Shown here: positions 29,147-38,128 of the stretch, piece after piece
Layout of the letters: each line of letters opens with the position of its first letter
Position numbering within the stretch: position 1 is the stretch's first letter
Source: a virus
Strand: one strand, 5' to 3'
Length of the DNA: 64,000 nucleotides
Virus record (IMG/VR): IMGVR_UViG_3300032397_000006
Location: 1 to 64,000 of that record
The notes under the pieces: model-generated
What the model was told of the DNA's origin: nothing
The model's input: only the letters and a program-made list of their open reading frames with translations
Databases searched by the model: none
Translations under genes and position numbers: made by a program

Positions 29147-30889
29147 TCAATCTCGCAACGCGTCTGCATACGAGCGATGCACAAATCCGAACGTGCGCGG
29201 AAAATTGGCGCGCAAGAACGGTCGCGCGTACAGGTACAGGCGCGAGCACTCGGCCGCGTTTTCGATCGGCTCGCGCCTCGCGTAATTCGATACGTAGCCT
29301 TCGGCGCGGCTGAGCTCCCATAGTTCCCGGTGCCAAGCATGCACGCGATCGATGTCTCGATCGAATTTCTCCCACAGCCACACGTTCAGGGAGTGCCCGA
29401 TCTCGTGCTCGAGCACGCGCCGCACCTTTTTCAACGGTAAGGTCTGCATGAGTCGTATTTCGTTCCCGCTCCAATACGCGAGATCGTTCGACTTGAGCGG
29501 CGTCGTTTCGCGATCGGTGTCTGTCGTGATCAGCGTGACGCCTCGACCTCGCCGAAATACGGCTGCAGGCGTTGCAGCAACCACAGCGTCTACGATCTCT
29601 CGAGTTGCCGGATCCGCGACGCGGATAGCCACTCCATCCTCCGGTACGCTCGCGCTCATGCTCGCTGGCTTTTCGTACCAGGTTTGCGCTTTACGCAAAT
29701 TCCGATCGAGCAGCTCTGATCGCGTGAGGCTTTCGGGTACGAGATTTCCGAATTCGTCGAAGCCCCACCCCTCAGGCACGCGCACTAATGCGCACGCGCA
29801 CCAAGGATGCACGGGCTGCACTGTTGCTAGCCAGTCGCGCGCTTTTTTGCCAACGTTTGATCCGTTGCCAATGAGCTCTGCAAGCTTGAAAATGCGAGGG
29901 GGCGAGCCTTGCCCCGCCGTAAGATGTAGTCGAACGCAGTGGTCGCACGCGGTTGGTGACGGAATCTTCGCGACCGAAATAGTTTCCGGATCACCATGCC
30001 TTTTTACCATTTCTCGCGCCTGACCTTCCTGCATGGCGCGTTGTTTTTCCGTAGCTGCGATTCGACCTAGATCACGACTCCAATCGCCGGAGGCGTCGCC
30101 GAGCTCTGAAATGATCGTACGCCACGCGGTGCGCTGCCGTAGCGAGCGATCAACAGCGTCGGTCACGTCCTCGTGCGTGAGCGACGACACCGTGTCTGTG
30201 ATCGTGCTCGTGAGATCCGCCTGCATGCGTTGACTCAGCCCGCGCACGTATTCTGCTGCATGCTCCTCGTTGAAGGAAAGCGCCTCGCGCTCGGCCTGCG
30301 TGAGCGGCAGATCGCGCCCTGTCCATGCAAAGGTCTGCAGACTGAGCGCATGCTGCTTTTCTTGCTCCCCCATAGGCGCGGCAGCCTGAGCCTTACCGTA
30401 TTGATACGCCGTCGTGATCATGCGCTGAGCTGTTGGCGGAAGCTCTCCGGGTTTCGGCTGCAGCACGTAGGCCAGATCCTCAGGCAGGATTCCGAGATCG
30501 ATCAGTCGCGCGAGCTCTCCGTGGTGGAGCAAGCGCGGATCGATCATTCCCGCGATGAAGGCCTCGTGATAGTCGCCGATAATTTTCTTGATCTCTTTCA
30601 TCTGCGCGGGCGAGACGAGCACGAAGTCACCGACTGAAAATGGGCGCTCTGCTTTCTCGAGCGGCCCGTGGGTAATGTGCTGCTCAACCCACGTACGAAT
30701 CGCGGCAATCATGCGCGCGTAAATCGCCGCGTACGCACTGATCGCGTGCAGGTGCAGGTCGCGCATAACGCGGTGCGAGTGCCACGTTTTCGAGTCGCGC
30801 TCGTACTCTGCTTTCAGTAGCTGCCCCGGGATAATGGCTTGCGCGATCTCGATCGGCATGAGGTTTGCGGGAGCTGTTACGCGGATCAC
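29147..30889 (-). CDS. MuF/SPP1 gp7-like head morphogenesis protein fused to a C-terminal zincin metallopeptidase
   Basis: RIAATE, ACDHC and PVHPWCAC (MuF signature); C-terminal LEHEIGH...VSNYARREPIENAAE. Confidence 0.8.
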   Translation of the reverse strand: MIRVTAPANLMPIEIAQAIIPGQLLKAEYERDSKTWHSHRVMRDLHLHAISAYAAIYARMIAAIRTWVEQHITHGPLEKAERPFSVGDFVLVSPAQMKEIKKIIGDYHEAFIAGMIDPRLLHHGELARLIDLGILPEDLAYVLQPKPGELPPTAQRMITTAYQYGKAQAAAPMGEQEKQHALSLQTFAWTGRDLPLTQAEREALSFNEEHAAEYVRGLSQRMQADLTSTITDTVSSLTHEDVTDAVDRSLRQRTAWRTIISELGDASGDWSRDLGRIAATEKQRAMQEGQAREMVKRHGDPETISVAKIPSPTACDHCVRLHLTAGQGSPPRIFKLAELIGNGSNVGKKARDWLATVQPVHPWCACALVRVPEGWGFDEFGNLVPESLTRSELLDRNLRKAQTWYEKPASMSASVPEDGVAIRVADPATREIVDAVVAATPAAVFRRGRGVTLITTDTDRETTPLKSNDLAYWSGNEIRLMQTLPLKKVRRVLEHEIGHSLNVWLWEKFDRDIDRVHAWHRELWELSRAEGYVSNYARREPIENAAECSRLYLYARPFLRANFPRTFGFVHRSYADALRD

Positions 30890-31812
30890 CGGGCACTCGC
30901 AATTCTGCGCTCTGCTATTTCGGCAAATTCTGCCTGCTGCTCAATGCCGACGAAGTAATAGCCCTCGAGCGCTGCTGCTTTTCCTGTGCTGCCACTACCT
31001 GCGAACGGATCAAGCACAATGCCTCCCTGCGGCGTCACGAGGCGCACTAGGTAGCGCATTAGTGCCGTAGGCTTGACGGTAGGGTGGCTATTGCCGGCGC
31101 CGCGATCAGAGCTACTCGCGCGAGCACAATAAAAAAATCGAGCTGCGCTTCCTACGTCTTTTCGCGCGACGCAGGGTGCGTTTTTCGCAAAGGTACCAAA
31201 CGTGTTTTTAGTTTTACGCCCGTTGTCTGATCGATTCGCTAACTGCCCAGGAGCATCAGGGAACGCAGCGAGCACTTCAAGACTACCATCGTGCAGCACG
31301 TTCGTAGGCCAGCGACATCGCGTGCTGTCTTCTACAGGCACGCGCGCAGTTTCTATATTCAGTCCGCCCGTACCGTACCGCGCCTTGTTATTCTTGCGTG
31401 TCCCGCGCGCCGGCTTTCGCGCCAAAACAATCGGCTCATATGCGGGTTTCAAGGCCTCTACTGATTTCGGGAATCCAGACCCGTAAATCCACATCAAGCA
31501 ATCTCGGATCTCCCATCCAGCAGCTTCGATCGAGGTCATCATTTTGTGGTGCGTGCGCGTGCCGCCGAACGCGAGCAAATGAGCGCCTGGCTTGGCAACA
31601 CGTAACACCGCGCGCCACGTGTCCACGTCAAACGCAATGCCCGTGCTATCCCATTTCGCGCCCATAAAGCCGCCCGTGCCGATACGCGCACGACCTGCGG
31701 GCGAATTGAGATTCCCCGACGTCAGGTCGTAAGGCGGATCGGTCACAACAGCATCGAAACTGTTTTCGTCGAGTAGCGGCAGCTGCTCTCGCATGTCCCC
31801 GTGAATCAGCAT
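30886..31812 (-). CDS. DNA methyltransferase, N6-A/N4-C type (beta class)
   Basis: VVTDPPY, HPTVKP and VLDPFAGSGSTG motifs. Confidence 0.92.
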   Translation of the reverse strand: MLIHGDMREQLPLLDENSFDAVVTDPPYDLTSGNLNSPAGRARIGTGGFMGAKWDSTGIAFDVDTWRAVLRVAKPGAHLLAFGGTRTHHKMMTSIEAAGWEIRDCLMWIYGSGFPKSVEALKPAYEPIVLARKPARGTRKNNKARYGTGGLNIETARVPVEDSTRCRWPTNVLHDGSLEVLAAFPDAPGQLANRSDNGRKTKNTFGTFAKNAPCVARKDVGSAARFFYCARASSSDRGAGNSHPTVKPTALMRYLVRLVTPQGGIVLDPFAGSGSTGKAAALEGYYFVGIEQQAEFAEIAERRIASAR

Positions 31813-31827
31813 GCCGCGCAGCCTACC

Positions 31828-32307
31828 TCAGCCCGGGACGTGCGAGTTGTCGATCCAGCCGCGCGCGTGAGAGGCTGCCACGTCGAATCCCGGGTCACCT
31901 GCTACCAGCACTCGGCCCGAGCGGTGCCTGACCGCCACACGCCCAGGGACGCGCTCCCAATCGTCGTCAGGGAGCTCGGGAGGCATCACGCTTTTCGGCG
32001 CCTGCGTAACAGGTTCGGCTCGTAGCCCGTCGCGCCAGTCGAACCACGCGATAAACAGCACGTTGCAGGTCGCGTGTGCGAGGTGCGGCAGTCCGGTCTC
32101 CGGATCTAGGAGCTCGCCCCTACGCCACGCAACGAGGTGCCTCTCTACTGCGCCGAAATACTGCTCGCGCGCGTTCGGCACTTTCTGCCAATTCCAAGGC
32201 TCGTATTTGTTGGCCCCGTACCACAGTACACGCACGACGTCGCGAACCTGTTCCCACGGTAGAAGCTGCCACGGCTCTTTATCTCGAAATTCTTTAAAGC
32301 CTTGCAT
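31828..32307 (-). CDS. dATP/dGTP diphosphohydrolase-like domain protein (DUF5664)
   Basis: K..W.LLP...VL.YGANKY..WNW...RHL.AW..GE.LDPETGLPHLAHA.CN signature. Confidence 0.8.
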   Translation of the reverse strand: MQGFKEFRDKEPWQLLPWEQVRDVVRVLWYGANKYEPWNWQKVPNAREQYFGAVERHLVAWRRGELLDPETGLPHLAHATCNVLFIAWFDWRDGLRAEPVTQAPKSVMPPELPDDDWERVPGRVAVRHRSGRVLVAGDPGFDVAASHARGWIDNSHVPG

Positions 32308-32312
32308 CCCGT

Positions 32313-32873
32313 CTATCTATCACTGAACGCGGCGTGTGCCTCGATCAAGCTCGCGTAAAGGCCCTCGACATTGGATCGATTGCGAGCTCGCTCGAGTGCT
32401 GCGCTGCCGACCAACAAACTGCGCGCCTTGAATCGAGCGATCCGATCCTCCGGCCAATCGGGAGCGTAACGTTTCAGATCGCGGAGATTCGCGATCTTGT
32501 CCGCGAGCTTTACGCAGCGCACGAGATCCGAGGTCTCTGCGCGCAACATCACGCCGATCTGGTGATCGGTTTTCGCGGTGCCCTTCACGTGCGGATCGGT
32601 AGTGAGCAGCTGGACGTCGCGCGCGATGTCCTCGCTAAACTCGCGTGCGATTTCTCGATAGCCGTAGGGAGTGTCCTCGATCACGTCGTGCAGAAACGCG
32701 ACGACGTAGACCTCGTTGCCGAGCATGCGTGGCGCGAAACTCCCGCGCAGGATCGAAACTACGTCGCACGGGTGCTGTAGGAACGGCACGCCCTCAGCGC
32801 CGTCGCGCACCTGCCCGCGGTGCGCCATCGCGGCAAATTCCAGAGCCTTTAGAACGTCCTCAGTTCTGTGCAC
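32313..32873 (-). CDS. HD-domain phosphohydrolase, RelA/SpoT (Mesh1-like small alarmone hydrolase) type
   Basis: AHRGQVR...PFLQHP, LHDVIEDT and VKLADKIANLRD motifs; likely start GTG 32873 behind GGAAGG. Confidence 0.85.
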   Translation of the reverse strand: MHRTEDVLKALEFAAMAHRGQVRDGAEGVPFLQHPCDVVSILRGSFAPRMLGNEVYVVAFLHDVIEDTPYGYREIAREFSEDIARDVQLLTTDPHVKGTAKTDHQIGVMLRAETSDLVRCVKLADKIANLRDLKRYAPDWPEDRIARFKARSLLVGSAALERARNRSNVEGLYASLIEAHAAFSDR

Positions 32874-33039
32874 GGCTACCTTCCATTCCGCTTCCACCAC
32901 CCGCACCGCCTTTGGCCTTTGCTCGGAGACACGCCCTCCCGTCCGGGCGATCATGATCTCGCATGAACGCAGCCCAGTTCTTACTCCAAGTTCGAACCTT
33001 GCAATGTGGACATTGCAGCCTGCTGTCTTTCTTTTCCAT
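32860..33039 (-). CDS. Small Cys/His protein
   Basis: ATG 33039 follows the repeated GAAGGGAAGGTG leader; CPHC...H...C. Confidence 0.5.
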   Translation of the reverse strand: MEKKDSRLQCPHCKVRTWSKNWAAFMRDHDRPDGRACLRAKAKGGAGGGSGMEGSRAQN

Positions 33040-33091
33040 CGAACACCTTCCCTTCACTCCAGAGCTTATCGCGTCCTGCGATAACCTGCAA
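33032..33091 (-). promoter_or_regulatory. Promoter-palindrome-leader cassette
   Basis: TTGCAG-17 nt-TAAGCT; perfect TTATCGC-N5-GCGATAA at 33066-33084; 33032-33064 is identical to 34246-34278. Confidence 0.75.
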
Positions 33092-33248
33092 GCGCTTTCA
33101 AAGGCACGAGGAGAATCACCCGCTCCCACGCCTCGAGTGCGGCCCGGTACTCGGCTGAGCTCAGCCCGTGGCGCTCGCGTGCCGCGCGTACGCACTCGGC
33201 CGCGGCCTCTACGCGGAGCTCTCGCTCAGTGCTCACAGCTTCGGGCAT
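33066..33248 (-). CDS. Small hypothetical protein
   Basis: MPEAVSTERE... behind GGAGG. Confidence 0.45.
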   Translation of the reverse strand: MPEAVSTERELRVEAAAECVRAARERHGLSSAEYRAALEAWERVILLVPLKALAGYRRTR

Positions 33249-33472
33249 CGCGCAATCGCCTCCGGAGTGAAATGCCACGCCTGCAGGCGCTTGGTGCACA
33301 CGGGACAAGTGAGCTCGTCTTCGTGCACGTCGCACAGGTTACCCGCCTTCACGCGCCCGCACAGTGCGGTTTTCCCGCCATCCTGAGACGCGTGCGTCAA
33401 GAGCGTGCCTGCAAGCGAGCTGTCCGCGTACGCGCCAGCGAGCACGCCGTGGAATGTGACGGGCGCGCTCAC
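33233..33472 (-). CDS. Small Zn-binding hypothetical protein
   Basis: H...ALCGR...TCPVC pattern; GTGA overlap with the upstream gene. Confidence 0.55.
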   Translation of the reverse strand: MSAPVTFHGVLAGAYADSSLAGTLLTHASQDGGKTALCGRVKAGNLCDVHEDELTCPVCTKRLQAWHFTPEAIARCPKL

Positions 33473-33852
33473 GACTCACACTCGAATTGCTGGCGCTGCT
33501 TGCGAAAGCCGTCGTAGCCGTGCAGAGCAATACAGCGGTATGTACGAAAACCGCACGCCTCGATCCGTGTGAGTGCTTCGGCAGCAAGTGCTTCGTCCGC
33601 GTTGTGGCTAAGCAACGAGATAGCCGACAGTGTGTCGTCGATGAATTCGACGGTAAGTGCGTGAGCGCGCAAAGGCTTTACAGCGCTAGCTATTTCGGCG
33701 CGTGATACAAGCGCGGCAGTATGCCGCCCTGCGTACTCCCTGTTAAACTCATACACGTTCGCAACGTGCGCGAGGTACAGGTCTCGTATTTCGGCACCTG
33801 TTAGATAGGCGATAGCCGCCAACTCTTGCACCGGCATGATCCGAACACTCAC
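33469..33852 (-). CDS. Hypothetical protein
   Basis: 127 aa, coupled at both ends. Confidence 0.55.
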   Translation of the reverse strand: MSVRIMPVQELAAIAYLTGAEIRDLYLAHVANVYEFNREYAGRHTAALVSRAEIASAVKPLRAHALTVEFIDDTLSAISLLSHNADEALAAEALTRIEACGFRTYRCIALHGYDGFRKQRQQFECES

Positions 33853-34253
33853 GATGCCACCTCCCGCACCTGCGAAGCCACGCCAACACCGCGCACGTAC
33901 CAGTACGGCTCCACCTCGAGGGGCAAGGCCAAGCTATGCCCCGGGCTGAAATCCACCGGGCCTGCGCTTGCTGCATACTGCCGCGCTTCCCCGTAGGTCC
34001 GCCAGCCCCCGTGATGCACGGTCGCGCCGAACACGCGGTCACCGTTCGCAGTCACAATCATCACCACGAAGTGACACAGCAACGCACGTGCCTCGCTGGT
34101 TTTGCCCTCGTGCGCGTGCTCGAGATCAGTCAGCCAGCCCATTTTATCAACGCCCATGGTTGCCACGGCCTCACGACGTTCCGGCGCAAACCGCCAGCTC
34201 TGCGCATCGCCTACCCGCCGCCACTCACGATCCATTTCCCGCTCATTTTCCAT
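33849..34253 (-). CDS. Hypothetical protein
   Basis: ATG 34253 follows the repeated leader cassette. Confidence 0.55.
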   Translation of the reverse strand: MENEREMDREWRRVGDAQSWRFAPERREAVATMGVDKMGWLTDLEHAHEGKTSEARALLCHFVVMIVTANGDRVFGATVHHGGWRTYGEARQYAASAGPVDFSPGHSLALPLEVEPYWYVRGVGVASQVREVAS

Positions 34254-34305
34254 CGAACACCTTCCCTTCACTCCAGAGTTTATCGCACGCTGCGATAAAC
34301 AGCAA
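34246..34305 (-). promoter_or_regulatory. Promoter-palindrome-leader cassette
   Basis: TTGCTG-17 nt-TAAACT; perfect TTATCGC-ACGCT-GCGATAA at 34280-34298. Confidence 0.75.
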
Positions 34306-34313
34306 GCCTCGAA

Positions 34314-34952
34314 TCAGCCGTCGTCGTCCTGCAAGAGATTTTGCAGTCGTTCCCGCAGCTTCGCGTCGCGCTCGTCGTCGTCTGCATCGTCGTCGTGTTT
34401 CTCGAGCCACTTTGCTGCGGCGCCGAGCAGCCACTTGCGCACGTCGTCTGCGTCGAGGGCCGCATCAGCGTTCGCGTTCGCGACCTCGTTAGCAACGAGC
34501 TCGCCGAGCTCAAGATCCGAGGTCACGACATCGTACAGAGTGACCGGCGCGAACCAGTCGGAGGCCTCCCAGTAGGTTCGCGCGCTTCCTACGGCCTCTC
34601 CGATTTTCTCGCACAGCCGATCCATGCGGTCGCGATCGGCCTCGCCGCCCCACGAACCCACGTGATTATTTCCATTCCACTTGGCGCCGCGATAGAAGCC
34701 CGCGAGCTCCACCAATTCAGCCTCGTGCGCCCGCAGCACGGCCTCAACCTCGTCAGGCACTGCGGTGGCCGACACGCGGCACACGCACAGCCAGCGGTGG
34801 TGCCAGGCGGGCTCTGGGCAGCCCGCGCCAACGGTGCCCCACACGAACACCTCAGGCGCTGGCCCGTCCGCAGGGATCAGGTACACGCTGTTGTTTGCAC
34901 CCGAGGTCTGCACGAGATCCATGTTTCCGTAACGCATCTTTTCCACGATCAC
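34314..34952 (-). CDS. Hypothetical acidic protein
   Basis: 212 aa behind its own promoter cassette; WNGNNHVG motif; acidic C-terminus. Confidence 0.65.
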   Translation of the reverse strand: MIVEKMRYGNMDLVQTSGANNSVYLIPADGPAPEVFVWGTVGAGCPEPAWHHRWLCVCRVSATAVPDEVEAVLRAHEAELVELAGFYRGAKWNGNNHVGSWGGEADRDRMDRLCEKIGEAVGSARTYWEASDWFAPVTLYDVVTSDLELGELVANEVANANADAALDADDVRKWLLGAAAKWLEKHDDDADDDERDAKLRERLQNLLQDDDG

Positions 34953-34968
34953 CTACCCTTCACCCTTG

Positions 34969-34997
34969 AAGTTATCGCGCTTTGTGATAACTGTCAA
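34969..34997 (-). promoter_or_regulatory. Sigma70-like promoter with embedded palindrome
   Basis: TTGACA-17 nt-TAACTT; TTATCGC-GCTTT-GTGATAA at 34972-34990. Confidence 0.75.
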
Positions 34998-35215
34998 GGG
35001 AGTACCTCCGTTATTCCACGCAGCTCGGCGAGGGCCGATCGAAGTGCTTTGATGGCGGCTTCTGCGTCCTGCAGGGGAAGGGCGCCTCGTATTTGAGGGC
35101 GCACTCGCTCAAGCGCGCAAACTGCCTCGAGTAGTAGCGCGTGCAAATCCGCGGCTGTGATTTGCACAACTTCGGGAGTGCCCCGAGTCGGCAAATGGTA
35201 GCGCGAGATAATCAC
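34994..35215 (-). CDS. Hypothetical protein
   Basis: 73 aa, GTGA overlap with the upstream gene. Confidence 0.45.
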   Translation of the reverse strand: MIISRYHLPTRGTPEVVQITAADLHALLLEAVCALERVRPQIRGALPLQDAEAAIKALRSALAELRGITEVLP

Positions 35216-35409
35216 AGCTCACTACTCAGCACGCCGTTACGCAGCCAACCACAAGCCTGCACCGGGCGCTTTCCGTTCCTCTGCACAACAAACTTTTCCT
35301 CGGAAGCAAGATGCACGTAAACGGCGTCACCTTCCTTGCAACCAACTGCGAGCACCTTCCAGCGAGCTCCAGCAATCAGCAACGCGGTGCCTTGTTTAAT
35401 TTCGTCCAT
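35212..35409 (-). CDS. Hypothetical protein
   Basis: 65 aa directly behind a palindrome/promoter. Confidence 0.55.
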   Translation of the reverse strand: MDEIKQGTALLIAGARWKVLAVGCKEGDAVYVHLASEEKFVVQRNGKRPVQACGWLRNGVLSSEL

Positions 35410-35416
35410 GCTTCAT

Positions 35417-35445
35417 TTATCGCACGCTTGGATAACAGCGGTCAA
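35417..35445 (-). promoter_or_regulatory. Promoter with degenerate palindrome
   Basis: TTATCGC-ACGCT-TGGATAA at 35417-35435; TTGACC upstream on the minus strand. Confidence 0.55.
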
Positions 35446-35447
35446 CC

Positions 35448-36119
35448 CTAAAGCTCGATCTCGCACGAGCGCTCGACCGCGCCCTGCGCTTGCGCGTAAG
35501 ACTCGGCCTTGCCCTCAGTCGCCCGCGTACAGTAGCGCCAGCCCGCAGAGAGCGGCGCAAGGTCGTAGTAGACCAGGCCTAGCGGGAGCTCGTCGAAAAC
35601 ACCGGGTAGCGCCCAGCCGCTGCGATGGAGCTCCGTGGGAGCCTTACGCAGTCTGGCGATGGCCGCTGCGGGCACTCGGCCTACGTGCGTCCGACACTCC
35701 GGAGACAGCCCTGTCAGTGTCACGCAGCCAAGCCGTGGCACAATGGCCACGGCCGCAGGAAAGCTCGACGTGAGCTGCGACGCCTCGTAAAGCACGATCA
35801 GCCCTGGCACGCAGTTTTTCTCGGTCACGGTATCGTTGCAGCGCTCGCCTGCCTGCAGCGGCTGAAACGCGCTAGACAGGAGCTCACCCTCGAGTTGATA
35901 GCGCCACTTCGCGGAGTCCGAACCTCCGATCTCGACCTCGCGAGCAGGCGACGATTTCGCAGTTTCTGAAAACAGCAGATCGGATGCGAAAGTCATCACG
36001 CACACACGGTAAGGCCTCAGCACGCCTGGCACCGCAACGCGAACGGGCCACACGCCAAACCGAGCGTGCAGCCATTGCACCGAGCGTTGCAGACTGCGCG
36101 GATCAACGGGCTGCGTCAT
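35448..36119 (-). CDS. Hypothetical protein
   Basis: 223 aa ORF in the gene run. Confidence 0.5.
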   Translation of the reverse strand: MTQPVDPRSLQRSVQWLHARFGVWPVRVAVPGVLRPYRVCVMTFASDLLFSETAKSSPAREVEIGGSDSAKWRYQLEGELLSSAFQPLQAGERCNDTVTEKNCVPGLIVLYEASQLTSSFPAAVAIVPRLGCVTLTGLSPECRTHVGRVPAAAIARLRKAPTELHRSGWALPGVFDELPLGLVYYDLAPLSAGWRYCTRATEGKAESYAQAQGAVERSCEIEL

Positions 36120-36358
36120 TTACGAGCGCCCGCGTCCGCAGCAATCCGGGCGATCACGCGCTCGAGGCACTGCGGACAACCGAGCAACCTTCCTTTCTGC
36201 ACACTGTTGTAAAACCAGTGATCTGTGTCGACGAAAACAAACTCAGTAGCCCGTAGCTCGCCGTCGACATTACTGCCTATGCGGCGCCCGCACAAAGATC
36301 TGCCTATCCTGTCGGCGTGCGTAGCAGCAATGCACTTAACGTATCCAGGTCTGTCCAT
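36116..36358 (-). CDS. Small Zn-binding hypothetical protein
   Basis: KCI...SLCGR...CPQC. Confidence 0.55.
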   Translation of the reverse strand: MDRPGYVKCIAATHADRIGRSLCGRRIGSNVDGELRATEFVFVDTDHWFYNSVQKGRLLGCPQCLERVIARIAADAGARK

Positions 36359-36361
36359 TGT

Positions 36362-36595
36362 CTAGATCCACGTTTCGATGATCTTCGGATCGTCTTGCTC
36401 GCAACGCTCCAAACGAGAGAGCCCCTTCTGCGAAAGGAAAGCGCGCAACGCTTCTAGCGTTTCGAATAGGTAGCACTCTTTCGGCGCAGTCAATTCCCAA
36501 CGCCTCGTCACGTAATGCTCCGGGTAGTCGCCTGGATGATCATAGACCGTCCAGATATCGAGAAGGTTCTGATCACTCACGACGGATCCCACCAC
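36362..36595 (-). CDS. Hypothetical protein
   Basis: WTVYDHPGDYP...DDPKIIETWI, a pattern I recall from small phage/plasmid proteins. Confidence 0.6.
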   Translation of the reverse strand: MVGSVVSDQNLLDIWTVYDHPGDYPEHYVTRRWELTAPKECYLFETLEALRAFLSQKGLSRLERCEQDDPKIIETWI

Positions 36596-36840
36596 ACGTC
36601 GCCGGGCTCGATATCGAACGCAGCTGTCGCGTGAATCGCTACGTTACTATTCGTGCCGTGCTTTTCGATAATCGTAGGCAACGTATTACGCAGCGCCGTT
36701 ACGACTGCCGTTGCTTCCTCCGCCGCAAGCACAGGATCGCTGTGCTCTTTAATGCTGCGCACATAAACCATGGACCAGATAACGATCGCACTTTCCACAG
36801 AGCACCTCTTACTGTTCCAAAGGGGGGTATTCGTGATCAT
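36577..36840 (-). CDS. Hypothetical protein
   Basis: 87 aa ORF overlapping both neighbours. Confidence 0.4.
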   Translation of the reverse strand: MITNTPLWNSKRCSVESAIVIWSMVYVRSIKEHSDPVLAAEEATAVVTALRNTLPTIIEKHGTNSNVAIHATAAFDIEPGDVWWDPS

Positions 36841-37321
36841 ATGCGTCGAGGTTCAAATCCTCGTCATCGATCTCGGCCTTTTCGTGGAAAACCTCCAAGA
36901 TCGCAGCCCGCACAATAGCGTCGTGCTCTTTATCGGAAAGCATGCCCTTGGATTTTTTCAGCGCCGCCCGTATGCGCGCAGTTAACATGGAAGCATCCGC
37001 TTCCATTAGAGCGATCGTTGCAAACACGTTTGCGCACCCCTCATAGTGTTCGAATACCTCTTGCAGATCGTGGAAAAACTCCTCACTTAGCTTTGACATA
37101 AGAGGGTGCAGCAACTCCTCCGCAATTTCACGCGCGAGTTGTACCGGCGGAGAATAGGGAGGTCTGCTCGCCAAGCCTCTACTCTGATCAGCAAGCTCTC
37201 TGTAAAATACAGACGCATCCTCGTGCGAATGAATTGACGCTTTGCGAACTTTATCGATCGCGTCCAGCACGTTATCGTGTAGCGCTTCTTCTTTATCGCG
37301 ATCTCGTTTTGTGTGCTTCAT
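36809..37321 (-). CDS. Hypothetical helical acidic protein
   Basis: Start moved to ATG 37321 (MKHTKRD); a degenerate palindrome TTTTCGC-N5-ACGATAA lies immediately upstream. Confidence 0.55.
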   Translation of the reverse strand: MKHTKRDRDKEEALHDNVLDAIDKVRKASIHSHEDASVFYRELADQSRGLASRPPYSPPVQLAREIAEELLHPLMSKLSEEFFHDLQEVFEHYEGCANVFATIALMEADASMLTARIRAALKKSKGMLSDKEHDAIVRAAILEVFHEKAEIDDEDLNLDAYDHEYPPLEQ

Positions 37322-37384
37322 AGTTTTCGCTCTGTACGATAAGCGCTCAGTGCGAGCAAGGCAACGCGAAAGCACCGCCACAAC

Positions 37385-38125
37385 TCACGTCAAAACGTCG
37401 CCCGCGATGGCCACGCGCACCGTCGTCACCTTCGCAGTCTCGAGACTGCTCAGCGTGATCGAGCTCGTGACCGCCGTAAGCAACGCGTACACGTACACGC
37501 CATCCGCACTCGACGCCGCGGCGTCGATCGGCTTGCGCAGCTGGATCGGCGCCGAGCCGATCAGCGGATCGGTCCCGAGGTCACTCGTCAACGCAGCGAA
37601 ACCAAGCACCGCATTGATGGTCAGCACCTCGACCTTGCCGGATAGCGAGGCGTTCGCGCCGCTCACTCGGATCTGCCCACCGTCGACCGTGAACGGTAGG
37701 AAGGCCAGCCCCGCCAGCACCGCGGCAGAATTGAGCCGCTGCGCGCACTGCGCGGCAGACTGATCGCCCGACAAGAACGTGCCCGAAACCGTCACGCCGT
37801 CAACCTTGAAACTGAACGCCTGTCCGCCCGTAAACGCAGTGGGGAACGTGCCCCCCACACCGAGCAGCGTGGCCACGGTGCCAACCGTCCCGCCCAACGT
37901 GACCTCGAGCGCCCCGTCCGCGTCGATCCAGATCAGGCGCGCTTGCGCGACGTCGCCAAAGTCGACCACCACGTTCTGCTCGCCCGCGTTCAGGGAGTAC
38001 GTCCCCGACTCCGCGCGTGCGAGCGAATCAAGTGCCTGCGACACACTGCCCGCAAACAAAGCAGGCGTGAGGGTCGCGCCGAGGCCCACGTCGAGAGTCA
38101 TTTCTACGCTATGCCGGACGCCCAT
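37385..38125 (-). CDS. Putative virion structural protein
   Basis: 246 aa, Gly/Ala/Thr-rich, directly after the portal. Confidence 0.6.
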   Translation of the reverse strand: MGVRHSVEMTLDVGLGATLTPALFAGSVSQALDSLARAESGTYSLNAGEQNVVVDFGDVAQARLIWIDADGALEVTLGGTVGTVATLLGVGGTFPTAFTGGQAFSFKVDGVTVSGTFLSGDQSAAQCAQRLNSAAVLAGLAFLPFTVDGGQIRVSGANASLSGKVEVLTINAVLGFAALTSDLGTDPLIGSAPIQLRKPIDAAASSADGVYVYALLTAVTSSITLSSLETAKVTTVRVAIAGDVLT

Positions 38126-38128
38126 TTT

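Noticed and set aside
31828-32307. Z-base or 7-deazaguanine DNA modification pathway
   Set aside because: Only the DUF5664-like gene is present; no purZ, queuosine-pathway or dpdA genes in this window.
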